DNA of 64,000 nucleotides from a virus (Duplodnaviria; Caudoviricetes): IMG/VR virus record IMGVR_UViG_3300032167_003270, positions 32,001 to 96,000 of that record; one strand, 5' to 3'. Shown piece by piece: positions 30,554 to 41,381 of this stretch (position 1 is its first letter; each line of letters starts with the position of its first letter). The notes under the pieces were generated by a model. It saw only the letters and a program-made list of their open reading frames with translations, ran no database searches and was not told where the DNA came from. The position numbers and the translations under genes were made by a program.

Positions 30554-32196
30554 CTTTGTGTTTAATATGATTCGTTATTTCATATTTCTATAAATAGACT
30601 TATATTTTCATATAAGAACAGACTATATCATTATCATAATGGTTTATATATAATATTTCCAGAACCCCAGATTTCTGGAAAATCTAAAATTTTAATTGGA
30701 CCTGTTTGTAATAATTCTTGTCCAATTTGTTCATATAGTTTCCAATTATCTTTATCTAAATTACAAGGTTTACTAATATCAATAACCTCTAAATTATTAA
30801 TTATATTATATAATTGTTGTTTTATTTCTTCTAAAGTTTCAAATTCATATATATGTAATAATCTAATTCCTAAATTTTTACACATAATACTTTTATTATA
30901 ATGATAACTTTTTGGTTTATGTTTAATACTATGCCAATATATACCATTATATTCAATGGCTAGTTTCAATTTAGGTATATATAAATCTAATTCCATAGGT
31001 GCTATAATTTTTCTAGTATTTTTAATAATATCACCATTATAGATTTCTTTAATATAATTAAAAATTTCTTCTTCTCTTTTAGATATTGTTTTTCCACCAG
31101 AATTATATCTAGTATATTTAGATACTTTTGGAATAATTGGATGAGTTTCACTATACTCAATAATAATATCTAAATATTTATTATCAACTAAGGCAACGTG
31201 TTTATAAATACTATATGGAATATCTAATTCATATAACCAACCCCAACCATACTGTTCAGTTAGTTTAACTAACATAGTCATATTGTTATTTTTAGCATAA
31301 TTATTTATATCAGCTAATTTATTTGTTTGTGCTTTGTTATGGATATTAGGATTAGATAAAGGATAATCTACACCTAATCTTTCTTGATTAGTTTGTTTTA
31401 CTTTATCTTGTATTATTTGTGATTCAAATGGTGTTTTAGTTCCATACAATTTTATATTTGCATCTTGTAATTGTTGTCTACAATCTTTAGTTGCTAAATA
31501 ACTTGTTTGTCCATATTTATCTAAACAAACTTCTTTACATTTTTCTCTATTTCCATTAGTATATCCATATATATCTAAATTAGTTTGTTTAATTTTTGCT
31601 CTAGTTTCTGGGTTTGTTTGAGCACATAAACTACTACAATGATGTCTATAACCTTTGGAAAGACGGTTAAATTTAGTTGGTTTACCACATACTTTACATC
31701 TACCCTCTTCATCGGATTTAATATATATATCATAATATTCTTTTGTGGTTAATCCGTGTAATTTTATATGTCTTCCCATTGCTTTAGAACCAATTTCTTT
31801 ATTACATATTTTACATAACATAGTTTTCTCCTTTCCTTAATTATTTAAACCATTATGATACCTACCTTTTCGTTTTAATAGACTTACATTAGACTAATCT
31901 CATCTAAAGGCTAACCACTTGGCACTACTCTACTCATTTACTCATACAAGTATTTCTCTTGTATTACACTTTCGATAGTCGTTGAACCTTCCCTTTCGGG
32001 CTTGGCTGCTGATTTTCTTTCTTATCAAGACCGTAGGATTTAACCATAGTCTGTTTGACTTGATTTTTTCTGCTTTCGCTGCATTCGCACTTATACCATT
32101 TAAGGTATTATGCTGTAGCCCAAGTCAACCCTCGGAATCCCAGCAATTAGATAGGTTATTTTTCATACACATTACTGTATACGGATGCAAGAATTT
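30554..32196 (-). ncRNA. group I self-splicing intron (IA-like) with endonuclease ORF in L8
   Basis: P1 GAUGU/GCAUC with U-G at the 5' splice site; P AAUUGCUGGGA, Q AAUCAGCAGCC, R GUUCAACGACUA, S UGAUAUAGUC; P8 UAUCAUAAU/AUUAUGAUA flanks the ORF; ends in G. Confidence 0.93.
30634..31821 (-). CDS. intron-encoded homing endonuclease (Zn finger, KYG repeats, PD-(D/E)XK)
   Basis: CKIC...HIKLH, CKVCGKPTKF, ELDLYIPKLKLAIEYNGIYWH. Confidence 0.85.
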   Translation of the reverse strand: MLCKICNKEIGSKAMGRHIKLHGLTTKEYYDIYIKSDEEGRCKVCGKPTKFNRLSKGYRHHCSSLCAQTNPETRAKIKQTNLDIYGYTNGNREKCKEVCLDKYGQTSYLATKDCRQQLQDANIKLYGTKTPFESQIIQDKVKQTNQERLGVDYPLSNPNIHNKAQTNKLADINNYAKNNNMTMLVKLTEQYGWGWLYELDIPYSIYKHVALVDNKYLDIIIEYSETHPIIPKVSKYTRYNSGGKTISKREEEIFNYIKEIYNGDIIKNTRKIIAPMELDLYIPKLKLAIEYNGIYWHSIKHKPKSYHYNKSIMCKNLGIRLLHIYEFETLEEIKQQLYNIINNLEVIDISKPCNLDKDNWKLYEQIGQELLQTGPIKILDFPEIWGSGNIIYKPL

Positions 32197-33091
32197 ACAT
32201 CAACTGCGATGCTCCATCATCGAAGCCACCTAAAAGAACCGACATCTGAATATTGTTCTTCAAATCTGTAGAAATCGTACTACCAGATGCTCTCTGACAA
32301 GCCAATGCTAAATGTACACCCGCTGCACGACCTAATCTAGCAATAGAACCTAAAGCACCCTTAACTATATCTACTGATTTATAATCATCAGATGTCATTA
32401 ACTCATTTAACTCGTCAGCAAGAAATAATAATGCTTTAGGAGTATAAATACCTTTTGTCTTTCTAATACTATTTTTATCAATATATGAATTAAAACCCTT
32501 TACTTCTGGTAATTGTGGGTTTCTACCATCCCATTTACCCTCTTGCATACCATCATATATCTCTTGTATAGTTAAAATCATAGGTTGTCTACCGTCTTGA
32601 TAAATGAGTTTTAATTTTGCATAATTTCTACTATCAGATTCGTCCAAATCTACGGTTAATTCATACATTTCATCGAATTGAACCTTTTTTCCAAATACTT
32701 CAAAATAATTTACTTCTTTATCTTTGATTTTATACACATTATTTACTTGCATTTGTTCCATAAATTTGAATCTATCCATCATAATTTTCTGAAAGTTCGC
32801 AACAGTTGCAGCTGCTGTAGGTACGTCAAGTGCAACACCTTTTACACCCATTACGCCCCGAAGTAGGTTAAATTCAACTCTTTTACAGTCTACGCCTACA
32901 AGTTGGAATCTATCAGAATATCTTGAAATGTGACCAACTATGGATTGCTCTGTTACACTCTTACCAGAGTTATGAAAAATAGTACCATCTGGCATAATGT
33001 GCAATGGGTCATTTTCAAGAGAAAATCCAAAATAATTGTCAGATTTATTCAATGGTTTAATTGAAAAATCGACTTGTTTTACTACACTCAT
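32197..33091 (-). CDS. 41-aa IntC fused to C-extein of FtsK/SpoIIIE-type ATPase A (exon 1)
   Basis: DNYFGFSLENDPLHIMPDGTIFHN|SGKS; then VDCKRVEF, Walker B LLFLADE, IARLGRAAGVHLALACQR. Confidence 0.92.
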
Positions 33092-33217
33092 ATATAATTT
33101 TCCTCCTTAATTTATTTTGCATAAAAGTAATATTTACATATATAACTATATATGTATAATTAAATAGTCCTTAAAAAGAAAAGAGAAATATTATAAAAAT
33201 ATTTCCCTTTATTTGTA

Positions 33218-34144
33218 TTATCTATATTTATCAATAGTTTGTTTGGTCATTTCATAATTATCAGAAATCAAAAAATCAGTTTCTTCTACTTCTAAAGTAA
33301 CCATACAATTATAATCATACTTATTATACAACTCAACAAATTCTTTCATTGAATTTTCATTATGTTGTCCAATGCCGATTCCGTGTTTACCTTTACCATA
33401 ACCACTACCTGTAAAATCTGCTAAATGAATAAGTTTAATTACATCTTTATTAGCCTTAAAATATTCTTCTAAATCATAATTATCTGGTTCTACATCTCCT
33501 ACTGCTTGATAAATAATATCCATATATTTTTTAGTAATTTTAGCGTGACAAATATCTAAAACTGTACCAATTCTATCAGTATTTAATTCTTTTCTTAATG
33601 TATTTGCCATATCTACATTATCAAATTTAAAATTATTACATAATTGAATTGGTTTAGTTGAAATACCTCTTAATGGAGTTACATTTTCAATACCAATTTC
33701 AGTATTAGGATATTTTAATAATAAATAACCTAAAAATTTAATAACTCTACCCCAAATATCGCCTAATGCTTTCATAAGTCTTACAGTAGTTTCGGAATGA
33801 ATTACAATAAGCGTTTTTCTATTATGTAATTTACCAAAATAATCAGCAACTTTAAATACTTGTTCTAAAAACATCATATCTTCATCAACAAAATCTTCTA
33901 AAGTAACATCACTTAATCCATAAAAACATAAAATTGGTGCGTGAACAACTTTTATATCATAGTCATTAAATTGTTTTAAATCATATACATCTTCTGCTTG
34001 AAAATACTTACCAACTTGTCCATTTACTAATTCGGCTAATAATTGTATTTCAATACCGTCACAGCCAATTTCTATTTTTCTGTCCAACTGTTCTTTATTT
34101 AAAGCAGCCTTTGCTAAAACTATAATATCATTATTAAATTTCAT
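33218..34144 (-). CDS. TIM-barrel metalloprotein (AP endonuclease 2 / xylose isomerase-like family)
   Basis: IGIEN, VLDICHA, IHLAD, LEVEE. Confidence 0.7.
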   Translation of the reverse strand: MKFNNDIIVLAKAALNKEQLDRKIEIGCDGIEIQLLAELVNGQVGKYFQAEDVYDLKQFNDYDIKVVHAPILCFYGLSDVTLEDFVDEDMMFLEQVFKVADYFGKLHNRKTLIVIHSETTVRLMKALGDIWGRVIKFLGYLLLKYPNTEIGIENVTPLRGISTKPIQLCNNFKFDNVDMANTLRKELNTDRIGTVLDICHAKITKKYMDIIYQAVGDVEPDNYDLEEYFKANKDVIKLIHLADFTGSGYGKGKHGIGIGQHNENSMKEFVELYNKYDYNCMVTLEVEETDFLISDNYEMTKQTIDKYR

Positions 34145-34223
34145 AGTAATTCTCCTTTATATTTAATATATAATTAAATAGACTTACCTTAAAATAATAA
34201 GATAAGTCTTTACTTAACTAATA

Positions 34224-34820
34224 TTACCATATTTTGCGTAATTCATCTTCTGATAATTCTTCTGTATAAAGGTCAGTAATATTTAACCCAATTATATCCC
34301 CATTATCATCAAATATTGTTTCCCATTCTTCAATTCCAATATATTTATCTTGTTTATCATCATACTCACAAACAGTTTCAATAAATTTATAAAAATAATC
34401 TTTTATATATTGTTTAAGAACTTTAAGTGTGTCAACTATACATTCTGGTTTTAATTCTTCGTCAGATTCAAATGGTACTGATGTTGTTATATCTGAAAAA
34501 TAAAGAAAATCTTCCCATTCCTCAACTTCTCCATAATAATATATTCTTGAAATCATAGGAAAATATGCTGTATAATGAAATACTAATTCATTATCAATAA
34601 ATTCATATGTGTCTATAAAATCTTTTTCTTTTTCATTATCACAAATAACATTATTTAATGACTCATTTAATATTATTCTCATAATATCAATTTTGCATAA
34701 ATATTCTATTATTCTTAATATTTTATCATCACAATCAAATTTAATATGTGCAGGTAAGTTAATTGATAAATATGTAATTTCTTCACAGTCATTTTTAGAA
34801 TCATTTATTCTTATTTCCAT
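34224..34820 (-). CDS. hypothetical acidic protein
   Basis: 198 aa, AGGAG RBS. Confidence 0.65.
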   Translation of the reverse strand: MEIRINDSKNDCEEITYLSINLPAHIKFDCDDKILRIIEYLCKIDIMRIILNESLNNVICDNEKEKDFIDTYEFIDNELVFHYTAYFPMISRIYYYGEVEEWEDFLYFSDITTSVPFESDEELKPECIVDTLKVLKQYIKDYFYKFIETVCEYDDKQDKYIGIEEWETIFDDNGDIIGLNITDLYTEELSEDELRKIW

Positions 34821-34887
34821 ATTTATTTTTCTCCTTTATAGTAAAAGACTTATATTATAAAAATATAAGTCTTTCATTATTTAATAA

Positions 34888-35130
34888 TTATACCTCAACT
34901 AATAATAAAACAGTTCCGTCATCACAAATTTTTTGACTAACAACTTTATATTCATAAATTTCTGAATAATGAGTTGGTAAAATGTGATAAAATTCTCCAA
35001 TATTAAAATCACTTAATGAAGAGAATTTCTGTTGTAATTCAAGTTGTTCTGAACACGCTACATTACAACTCCAAGAAAATAATAATTTTGTTTCAATGTC
35101 TGACATTGCTAAATAAGTTTTTACTGTCAT
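34888..35130 (-). CDS. hypothetical protein
   Basis: start MTVKTY after GGAGG RBS; the longer track ORF overlaps the next gene. Confidence 0.55.
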   Translation of the reverse strand: MTVKTYLAMSDIETKLLFSWSCNVACSEQLELQQKFSSLSDFNIGEFYHILPTHYSEIYEYKVVSQKICDDGTVLLLVEV

Positions 35131-35146
35131 ATTATGTAAACCTCCT

Positions 35147-35770
35147 TTAATATTCAGATAAATTAATTCCTCTTTCTTCAATTCTATTTTTAAACTGTTC
35201 TTCATATTCAGATTTATATTCAAAGTTATCGTATTTATAAAAATTAACCAATATATCATTTGGGCACTTTTTATTAAGTGCTGCTTTACATCTAACAAAG
35301 CCATTTTCGTCCTTTGAAAATTCTAAAAGCATATCCAATGTGATATTACTATTCCACGCAACAGTTTCTCTTACATAACTATCATATTTATAGTTTGCCA
35401 ATCTTTCTAATAATTCAAGTGGACAATTTGGATTGTCTGCTATTTCTACATAAACTTCACTTTCTATATCTTTATTTAAATAATTACTTTTATATAAAGC
35501 ATATAATAATTCCGAGTTATCAGTAGTTTTTGCTATATTTAAAATGTTGTATTTGATATTAGACGTACAATTTTTATTTAATAAAATATAACTATACATA
35601 ACATAACAATCTGAATATTTTTCTAATAATATCTTAAATATTTCCTCTGTACAATTTGGATTTTGTACTACTGTTACTAAAAGTGCTAAATTAATATTTG
35701 AATTTAATAATAGTTTTAAATCTTCCACATTTGTTGAATTTGCTAATTTTAAAAGTTCACTATAATTCAT
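35147..35770 (-). CDS. LRV/HEAT-like repeat protein
   Basis: IADNPNCPLELLERLA, VAWNSNITLDMLLEFS; N-terminus similar to 16673-17617. Confidence 0.75.
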   Translation of the reverse strand: MNYSELLKLANSTNVEDLKLLLNSNINLALLVTVVQNPNCTEEIFKILLEKYSDCYVMYSYILLNKNCTSNIKYNILNIAKTTDNSELLYALYKSNYLNKDIESEVYVEIADNPNCPLELLERLANYKYDSYVRETVAWNSNITLDMLLEFSKDENGFVRCKAALNKKCPNDILVNFYKYDNFEYKSEYEEQFKNRIEERGINLSEY

Positions 35771-35879
35771 ATATCAACATCTCCCTTATATTTCAAATTT
35801 TGTGTGTAAAAGAAAAAGACCTATACCAACAAGTATAAGTCATTTTTCACGTCCGTTCTTATAATTAAATAGTGCTTCA

Positions 35880-36278
35880 TTATGCTGATTGCACATTAGA
35901 TACAGTTTCTTTTTGTTTCTTTCTGTTATTTTTAATATCATTTGATGTATAAAACACGAATTTATTCTTATTAAGGTTTAATTTACCTACCTTACTAATA
36001 TATTCTCCATTATTATTCTTAATATCAAGCAAAATGTTAGCCTCATAAGAAAATGTGTCATCTTTATTCTCCTTAATATTTAACTTATCTGTAAATAACA
36101 TAGCCTTTGCAGCACCACAAAATAAAGGATTTGCCTTATCATTTTTAAGGTTAATTCTAAAATTACCTGATTTAAAAGCCCTTACATCTAAATCATTTGC
36201 TTTAATACCCAATTTTCTTGCAATAGAATTTTTTGCTACCTCAAAGTCTAAATTGTTGATGAAATCTGTTTTTGTCAT
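35880..36278 (-). CDS. basic hypothetical protein
   Basis: 132 aa, AGGAG RBS. Confidence 0.65.
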   Translation of the reverse strand: MTKTDFINNLDFEVAKNSIARKLGIKANDLDVRAFKSGNFRINLKNDKANPLFCGAAKAMLFTDKLNIKENKDDTFSYEANILLDIKNNNGEYISKVGKLNLNKNKFVFYTSNDIKNNRKKQKETVSNVQSA

Positions 36279-36369
36279 TGTGATTATCTCCTTTTATAAT
36301 GTTTTATCTTTTATATTTACTATTATATTCATTATAAAGGAAATTTATACAAAATTTTAAAAATAAATT

Positions 36370-36384
36370 CTATTTAATTATAAT
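36370..36384 (+). promoter_or_regulatory. element-specific promoter, plus-strand copy
   Basis: CTATTTAATTATAAT upstream of the only plus-strand cassette. Confidence 0.7.
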
Positions 36385-36426
36385 GGAATATGAAAAATGA
36401 AATAAATTTATAAGGGGTGAGTATGA

Positions 36427-37968
36427 ATGAATGAAGCTGAATTTTTTCTGAATTATGATTCAAAGGATGCAAAAGATAGAGAATTAGTTGCATCACAACC
36501 AAATTGTCCATTAAGTATATTAGAAAAATTAGCAAGAGATAGAAATTCAGATGTATTAAAAGCAGTTGCTACTAATCCAAATTGTAGTGAGAATGTGTTA
36601 TTAACATTACTTATGCACACATTTCCAATAACAAAAAAAATGTTACATTTAGAGGAAATCATTGTAAAACACCCAAATTGTACACCAGAAGTTCTTAGTA
36701 GATTATTAAATAAAGATAATCTATATGTACAAATATTAGAACATAAAAATTGCACAGACCTAATACAAGAACAAATTATTGATTGTATATATAATAATCC
36801 TAAAAAAGCAATATCTAATAATAAAATGTTATATGAATTATTAAAAACTAAACAATTTTCAAGAGAATCGTTTGAAAAATTAGCAACAATCAGCCATAGA
36901 GATGTTTTACACGCAATGTCAGTAAATAAACATTTTCCAAAAGATTTGCTAACAACTCTTATTAAATATTCCACATTTTATTCTTGTAGTTTTATAGACG
37001 GATGCGATAACCATATTATAGAAATTGCACAAAATCCTGATACCCCAACAGAGGTACTAATGGAAATATTAAAAGAGTATCATAGTAGAAATTATGTAAG
37101 TATTACATTGGAGGTATTAAAAAATCCCAATCTTCCAATATTAGAATTATATAAATTTTATGATGCAAGATTATTTTATGAAGAATTAATTAGAAAATGT
37201 ATAGCTAAAAATCCTAGTTGTCCAATAGATTTATTAACAAAATTAGCACATAATGGCGATGAGGCAACTAGGATGGCTGTAGCAGAAAATTGTAATATCT
37301 CATTAGATTTATTTAAAATACTGTCAAAAGACAAAAATGCAAAAGTTAGAGCATCTATTATAAAAAATAAAAAATGTCCAAAAAAATTAATTATATATTT
37401 ATATAAAACAGATAAGTCTAATTTAGTTGTTAATGTCGCAAAACAAATAATGAATGAAAGAGATATTGTTGTTTCCGAATCTATTAATACAATCGCTAAT
37501 AGTATTCGGATTAATATAGATGATTTATGTAAAATTATTAATGAAACTAAAAATTTATATACGGAAATTGATTGTTTAGAGTTTTCTATATCAAGTCCTT
37601 GTGTTAATTGTAAACTATCAAATTGTATTGGCACAAGTAGTTGTAAAAGTCTTGAATTTTATGATAAATATTATAAAGAAACTGGAATAAAAAAAGAAAA
37701 TAAATTAAGTATTTATCCAAAGTCAAATGAAAATGATATTTTTGGTAGAGATAAAATTATTGAAATAATTCCTAATGTAATAGATATGAATACTGTATAT
37801 AAATATGTCTTTTGTATAGACGATTTTAGTAATACTTTAAGTTTTTCAACTATGGTTAAAACAAGTGAGCAATTAATATTAGCATTAAACCAAACTATTG
37901 AAATGATTAAAAATACATCAGCAAATATTTATATAGATGATATTCTATATATAATTGATAATATATAA
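36427..37968 (+). CDS. LRV/HEAT-like repeat protein with shared C-terminal domain
   Basis: multiple AxNPNCPxxxLxxLA repeats; ends YIDDILYIIDNI. Confidence 0.85.
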   Translation: MNEAEFFLNYDSKDAKDRELVASQPNCPLSILEKLARDRNSDVLKAVATNPNCSENVLLTLLMHTFPITKKMLHLEEIIVKHPNCTPEVLSRLLNKDNLYVQILEHKNCTDLIQEQIIDCIYNNPKKAISNNKMLYELLKTKQFSRESFEKLATISHRDVLHAMSVNKHFPKDLLTTLIKYSTFYSCSFIDGCDNHIIEIAQNPDTPTEVLMEILKEYHSRNYVSITLEVLKNPNLPILELYKFYDARLFYEELIRKCIAKNPSCPIDLLTKLAHNGDEATRMAVAENCNISLDLFKILSKDKNAKVRASIIKNKKCPKKLIIYLYKTDKSNLVVNVAKQIMNERDIVVSESINTIANSIRINIDDLCKIINETKNLYTEIDCLEFSISSPCVNCKLSNCIGTSSCKSLEFYDKYYKETGIKKENKLSIYPKSNENDIFGRDKIIEIIPNVIDMNTVYKYVFCIDDFSNTLSFSTMVKTSEQLILALNQTIEMIKNTSANIYIDDILYIIDNI

Positions 37969-37980
37969 GGGGGTTTACTT

Positions 37981-38355
37981 ATGACACAGAAAGAAATAGG
38001 TGCTATTTTGTATATGTATTATATGCAAAATTATTGTGAGGATGAATTTAATTTTGATAATGGAGAAGAGTTTAATAAAATCAAGGCTTATTATAATAAA
38101 ATGAAAACCAAATATTCAGAAGAAGAACTTGAAAAAGTAGAAGAAAAAATAACAATTTGTGAAAAATCAGGTACAGATTATGATAGTTTTGAATTTGTAT
38201 ATGAAGAAATGTCTGATTTAATGTTACAAGTAACATCGTTGATTGATTATGACGGAAATAAAGTTAGTGGTTATACAGGAGATTATCAATGGGCAGATGT
38301 AGGAATGTTTTTCATTGATTATACTAATGTTTTATTTGACGATTTAAAAGATTAA
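37981..38355 (+). CDS. hypothetical protein
   Basis: 124 aa, GGGGG RBS. Confidence 0.65.
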   Translation: MTQKEIGAILYMYYMQNYCEDEFNFDNGEEFNKIKAYYNKMKTKYSEEELEKVEEKITICEKSGTDYDSFEFVYEEMSDLMLQVTSLIDYDGNKVSGYTGDYQWADVGMFFIDYTNVLFDDLKD

Positions 38356-38359
38356 ATAA

Positions 38360-38395
38360 AAATAAGAGAACATATATAAAATATGTTCTCTTTTT
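38360..38395. terminator. bidirectional terminator between convergent genes
   Basis: AAGAGAACATAT...ATATGTTCTCTT with A- and T-runs. Confidence 0.7.
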
Positions 38396-38398
38396 ACT

Positions 38399-38680
38399 TT
38401 AAAATGATAGTCCTAATTTCTCTTGTAATGATATTATTGCTGTATGCAATAGATTTCTTTCTTCATTACTTACAAATTGTCCATACCTATCTATGAAAAA
38501 TCCAAAAGTATTTACAATATGATTATCCAATAAATCTGTAATCATCTTATCATTATTAATATTATCACAAACAAATTTTGCTACTTCGTCAACACCATAT
38601 AAATCAACAGCCCCATTATGATAACCATTTCCATCATACAAATATCCTAAATAATGTTTATTATTAAAATCTTCTTTCAC
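38399..38680 (-). CDS. hypothetical protein
   Basis: 93 aa, GTG start with AGGAG RBS. Confidence 0.65.
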   Translation of the reverse strand: MKEDFNNKHYLGYLYDGNGYHNGAVDLYGVDEVAKFVCDNINNDKMITDLLDNHIVNTFGFFIDRYGQFVSNEERNLLHTAIISLQEKLGLSF

Positions 38681-38699
38681 AATAATATCTCCTTTTTAA

Positions 38700-39119
38700 T
38701 TAGTCCATACCACACTTACTTCTCCATTCATCTCTTCCAGATAATGAATTATCAGGTTTGTGTTTTACACAAATATAAATATCTGCGTCATTTTTATATT
38801 TATTATATTCAAATACACTTATAGCGTTTAAATTAGCCCTACAAAGTTCTTCATCATTTGATAAATCTGTAATTACAAACCAATTATTAAAACCCCTATA
38901 AGTAATATAATAATAATTTTTAGGTAATACTCTACTAATTTCTGTTAATAATTGTTTATATAGATATAATTCTTCATCATTAAGTTTATATTCTGTCTTT
39001 GATAAATTTTCTTCTAAATTTGTTAGTATATCAGTTACATCCATATCAAATTTATTAGATTTTAGCACTTCAATAACTTTTTCTTTTATTATTTTGTTAT
39101 TAAATTTTAAAATTATCAT
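38700..39119 (-). CDS. hypothetical protein
   Basis: 139 aa. Confidence 0.65.
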   Translation of the reverse strand: MIILKFNNKIIKEKVIEVLKSNKFDMDVTDILTNLEENLSKTEYKLNDEELYLYKQLLTEISRVLPKNYYYITYRGFNNWFVITDLSNDEELCRANLNAISVFEYNKYKNDADIYICVKHKPDNSLSGRDEWRSKCGMD

Positions 39120-39134
39120 AATAAACCCCTCCTT

Positions 39135-39665
39135 TTAAAGAAAATTAAATCCATCATTTTCATTATCAATATCTTCATTACTTATTCTAAAAGGCTCATT
39201 AACAGTTTTATCTTCTATTTCCCCTACAAAAACATCTTCATCATAGTCTTCATCTTCATAAGAAGATTTAGGCTCATTTGCTAAAGATAATTTTGATTTA
39301 GTTGGTTCTGGTTCGGTAAAAGTATAACTAGGTTCATTGTAACTAGGCTCATTTGAAATAGGTTCAGTAGTTACTGAAACACTCATACTTTCTTTTAATT
39401 CTTCTAATTCTCTTTTTAATGATTTAATTTCATCTGTAAGAGCATCGTTTTCTTTCTCTAGTTCTAAACATTCCTTTGTTTTGTCGCCAATTTCTTGACA
39501 TACACCTGAATATTTTTCAGATAATTCAGCAAGTACATTATCTAATCTATTGTATTCTTGTTGAATAAGGTTTAATTTTTGTTCTACTGCGTCTTTTTTA
39601 TATCCTTTTGCAAAACCTTTTGCAGTTGGAATAGAAGATGCAGTAAATAAATTTAGGTCTAACAT
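39135..39665 (-). CDS. DivIVA/GpsB-like coiled-coil protein
   Basis: KGFAKGYKKDAVEQKLNLIQQEYNRL matches the DivIVA GYxxxEVDxFL pattern; long coiled coil and acidic tail. Confidence 0.65.
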   Translation of the reverse strand: MLDLNLFTASSIPTAKGFAKGYKKDAVEQKLNLIQQEYNRLDNVLAELSEKYSGVCQEIGDKTKECLELEKENDALTDEIKSLKRELEELKESMSVSVTTEPISNEPSYNEPSYTFTEPEPTKSKLSLANEPKSSYEDEDYDEDVFVGEIEDKTVNEPFRISNEDIDNENDGFNFL

Positions 39666-39739
39666 ATTTCTTTCTTCTCTCCTTTATACATAATAAAAGA
39701 CGAATTACTATATTTCAAGCAATTCGTCTTTTTTATAAC

Positions 39740-40918
39740 TTATTTATAGGTAATATATAAGTATTTAAGTTTTCCCTTCATAAACTGAAATTCGTAACCA
39801 GAATCGCCAATATACTGTTCTGAATCTACCTTATATTCATAAGTATTATTTGAATAATCTGCTCCCTCTGGTACAAATTCTCTAAATTCAGTAGGTTCAC
39901 CTGAATTTGCTACTAAATCTTCTTCTGTTACATCAAGAGGAAAAGCAAACTGTACTCTATCTGTACCCTCTTTTTCAGTATCAACAGGAAGATATACTTG
40001 ACAAATAGGAAGTTCAGAAAGTTTATGATTTTCGTCTGTGAAATTTCCTACTGAAATCTGTAATGTATTATACTTTCCTAATTCAACTTTCATAGCAGAT
40101 GATTCATAATTAGGTTGTACATTATTTCCTGCGTCTGCCTCATTTGAAAATACAACACCATTATCAATCATATCTTGAATAGTAGATACACCTAAAGTAT
40201 AAATATGTCCGTCAAGAATAAAACTTCTATTATCTAAATCAGCATAAATATCACTTAAACCATCTACTGCGTCTGTATTAGTAGTAGTTTCAGTATCTTC
40301 TTTTGACATATCTTCTGTAGTTGTTTCTTCTGTTATTTCTTCTGTTGTATCAATTAATTCAGCACCTAAATTTTCAACACAGAATAAATACCAAGAATCT
40401 TCATAATATACAGTATACATATTATATCTATCAACAGCGTCATAATCTACACCATCAATATTCTGTGTAATGTAGATATTTACACTATATGTAGCAGTAT
40501 TGAAATCTTCACTATAATTGTATTCTGCTGCTTTTTCAGATGCGTCAGATTCAAAATTCATTTCAGTTTTATCTAAATGATATACTGTTGAATCCTTTAA
40601 TGCCTTTGCATTTTCATAATTTGTTGTAACTGCTTCGTCTGAATTAGTAATATCAGCAAAACAAGATTCAAATAAATCTCTATCTACATCAGCATAAGCC
40701 TGCCAAAATGCGTCAATTACATCTTCTGGACTTGAATATGTAATCTTTTCAACATCTTCTTCTACTCCTTCATCACTCACAGTTACTTCGTGTTCAAAAG
40801 GGTCTTTGTCATTCTTTCCTTGACCTGACTGATTATCGTCTTTTCCAAAACTACAACCAACCAAAGTTAAAGAAAGAATAGTTGTCATTGTAATAATTGC
40901 TAACAATTTCTTTTTCAT
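39740..40918 (-). CDS. acidic lipoprotein
   Basis: signal peptide with lipobox LVGC. Confidence 0.8.
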   Translation of the reverse strand: MKKKLLAIITMTTILSLTLVGCSFGKDDNQSGQGKNDKDPFEHEVTVSDEGVEEDVEKITYSSPEDVIDAFWQAYADVDRDLFESCFADITNSDEAVTTNYENAKALKDSTVYHLDKTEMNFESDASEKAAEYNYSEDFNTATYSVNIYITQNIDGVDYDAVDRYNMYTVYYEDSWYLFCVENLGAELIDTTEEITEETTTEDMSKEDTETTTNTDAVDGLSDIYADLDNRSFILDGHIYTLGVSTIQDMIDNGVVFSNEADAGNNVQPNYESSAMKVELGKYNTLQISVGNFTDENHKLSELPICQVYLPVDTEKEGTDRVQFAFPLDVTEEDLVANSGEPTEFREFVPEGADYSNNTYEYKVDSEQYIGDSGYEFQFMKGKLKYLYITYK

Positions 40919-40992
40919 TTTTAGTTTCCTTTCATTATTTGGTTTATTATTTTAACTCAAATTTGAGTCAAGTTATATAATTAAATAGTGCT

Positions 40993-41319
40993 TTATAGAA
41001 TTGATACTAATAAATTTAAGTCCTTTGATATAATATTAAAATCAGTACCGTCTATTATAATAATTGTCTTTTTAATTGATTTCTTTAATTCATCAATATT
41101 ATGTACTTTTGCTTTATACATTAAATCTTCATTTTCAATAATTGCTGTGATTTTATATCCCCAACAATCATCAAATTTTCTAATTCTTATGATTTCCGTT
41201 TCTTTTTCTTCATTTGAAGTTAAATCTGTTAAACTATAAATAATTAAATCTGTTTCTTCTTTTATACGAAGTTTCTCTGCCTTGCTATTAAATTCTTTAA
41301 TTTTTTCTGATACTATCAT
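40993..41319 (-). CDS. stand-alone copy of the shared C-terminal domain
   Basis: LIIYS...IIRIRK...YKI...ELKKSIKKTIIIID. Confidence 0.55.
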   Translation of the reverse strand: MIVSEKIKEFNSKAEKLRIKEETDLIIYSLTDLTSNEEKETEIIRIRKFDDCWGYKITAIIENEDLMYKAKVHNIDELKKSIKKTIIIIDGTDFNIISKDLNLLVSIL

Positions 41320-41381
41320 AAAATCTCCTTTTTAAAATATTATTAACAATGACTACTATATAAAATAGTAGCCATTATTTA

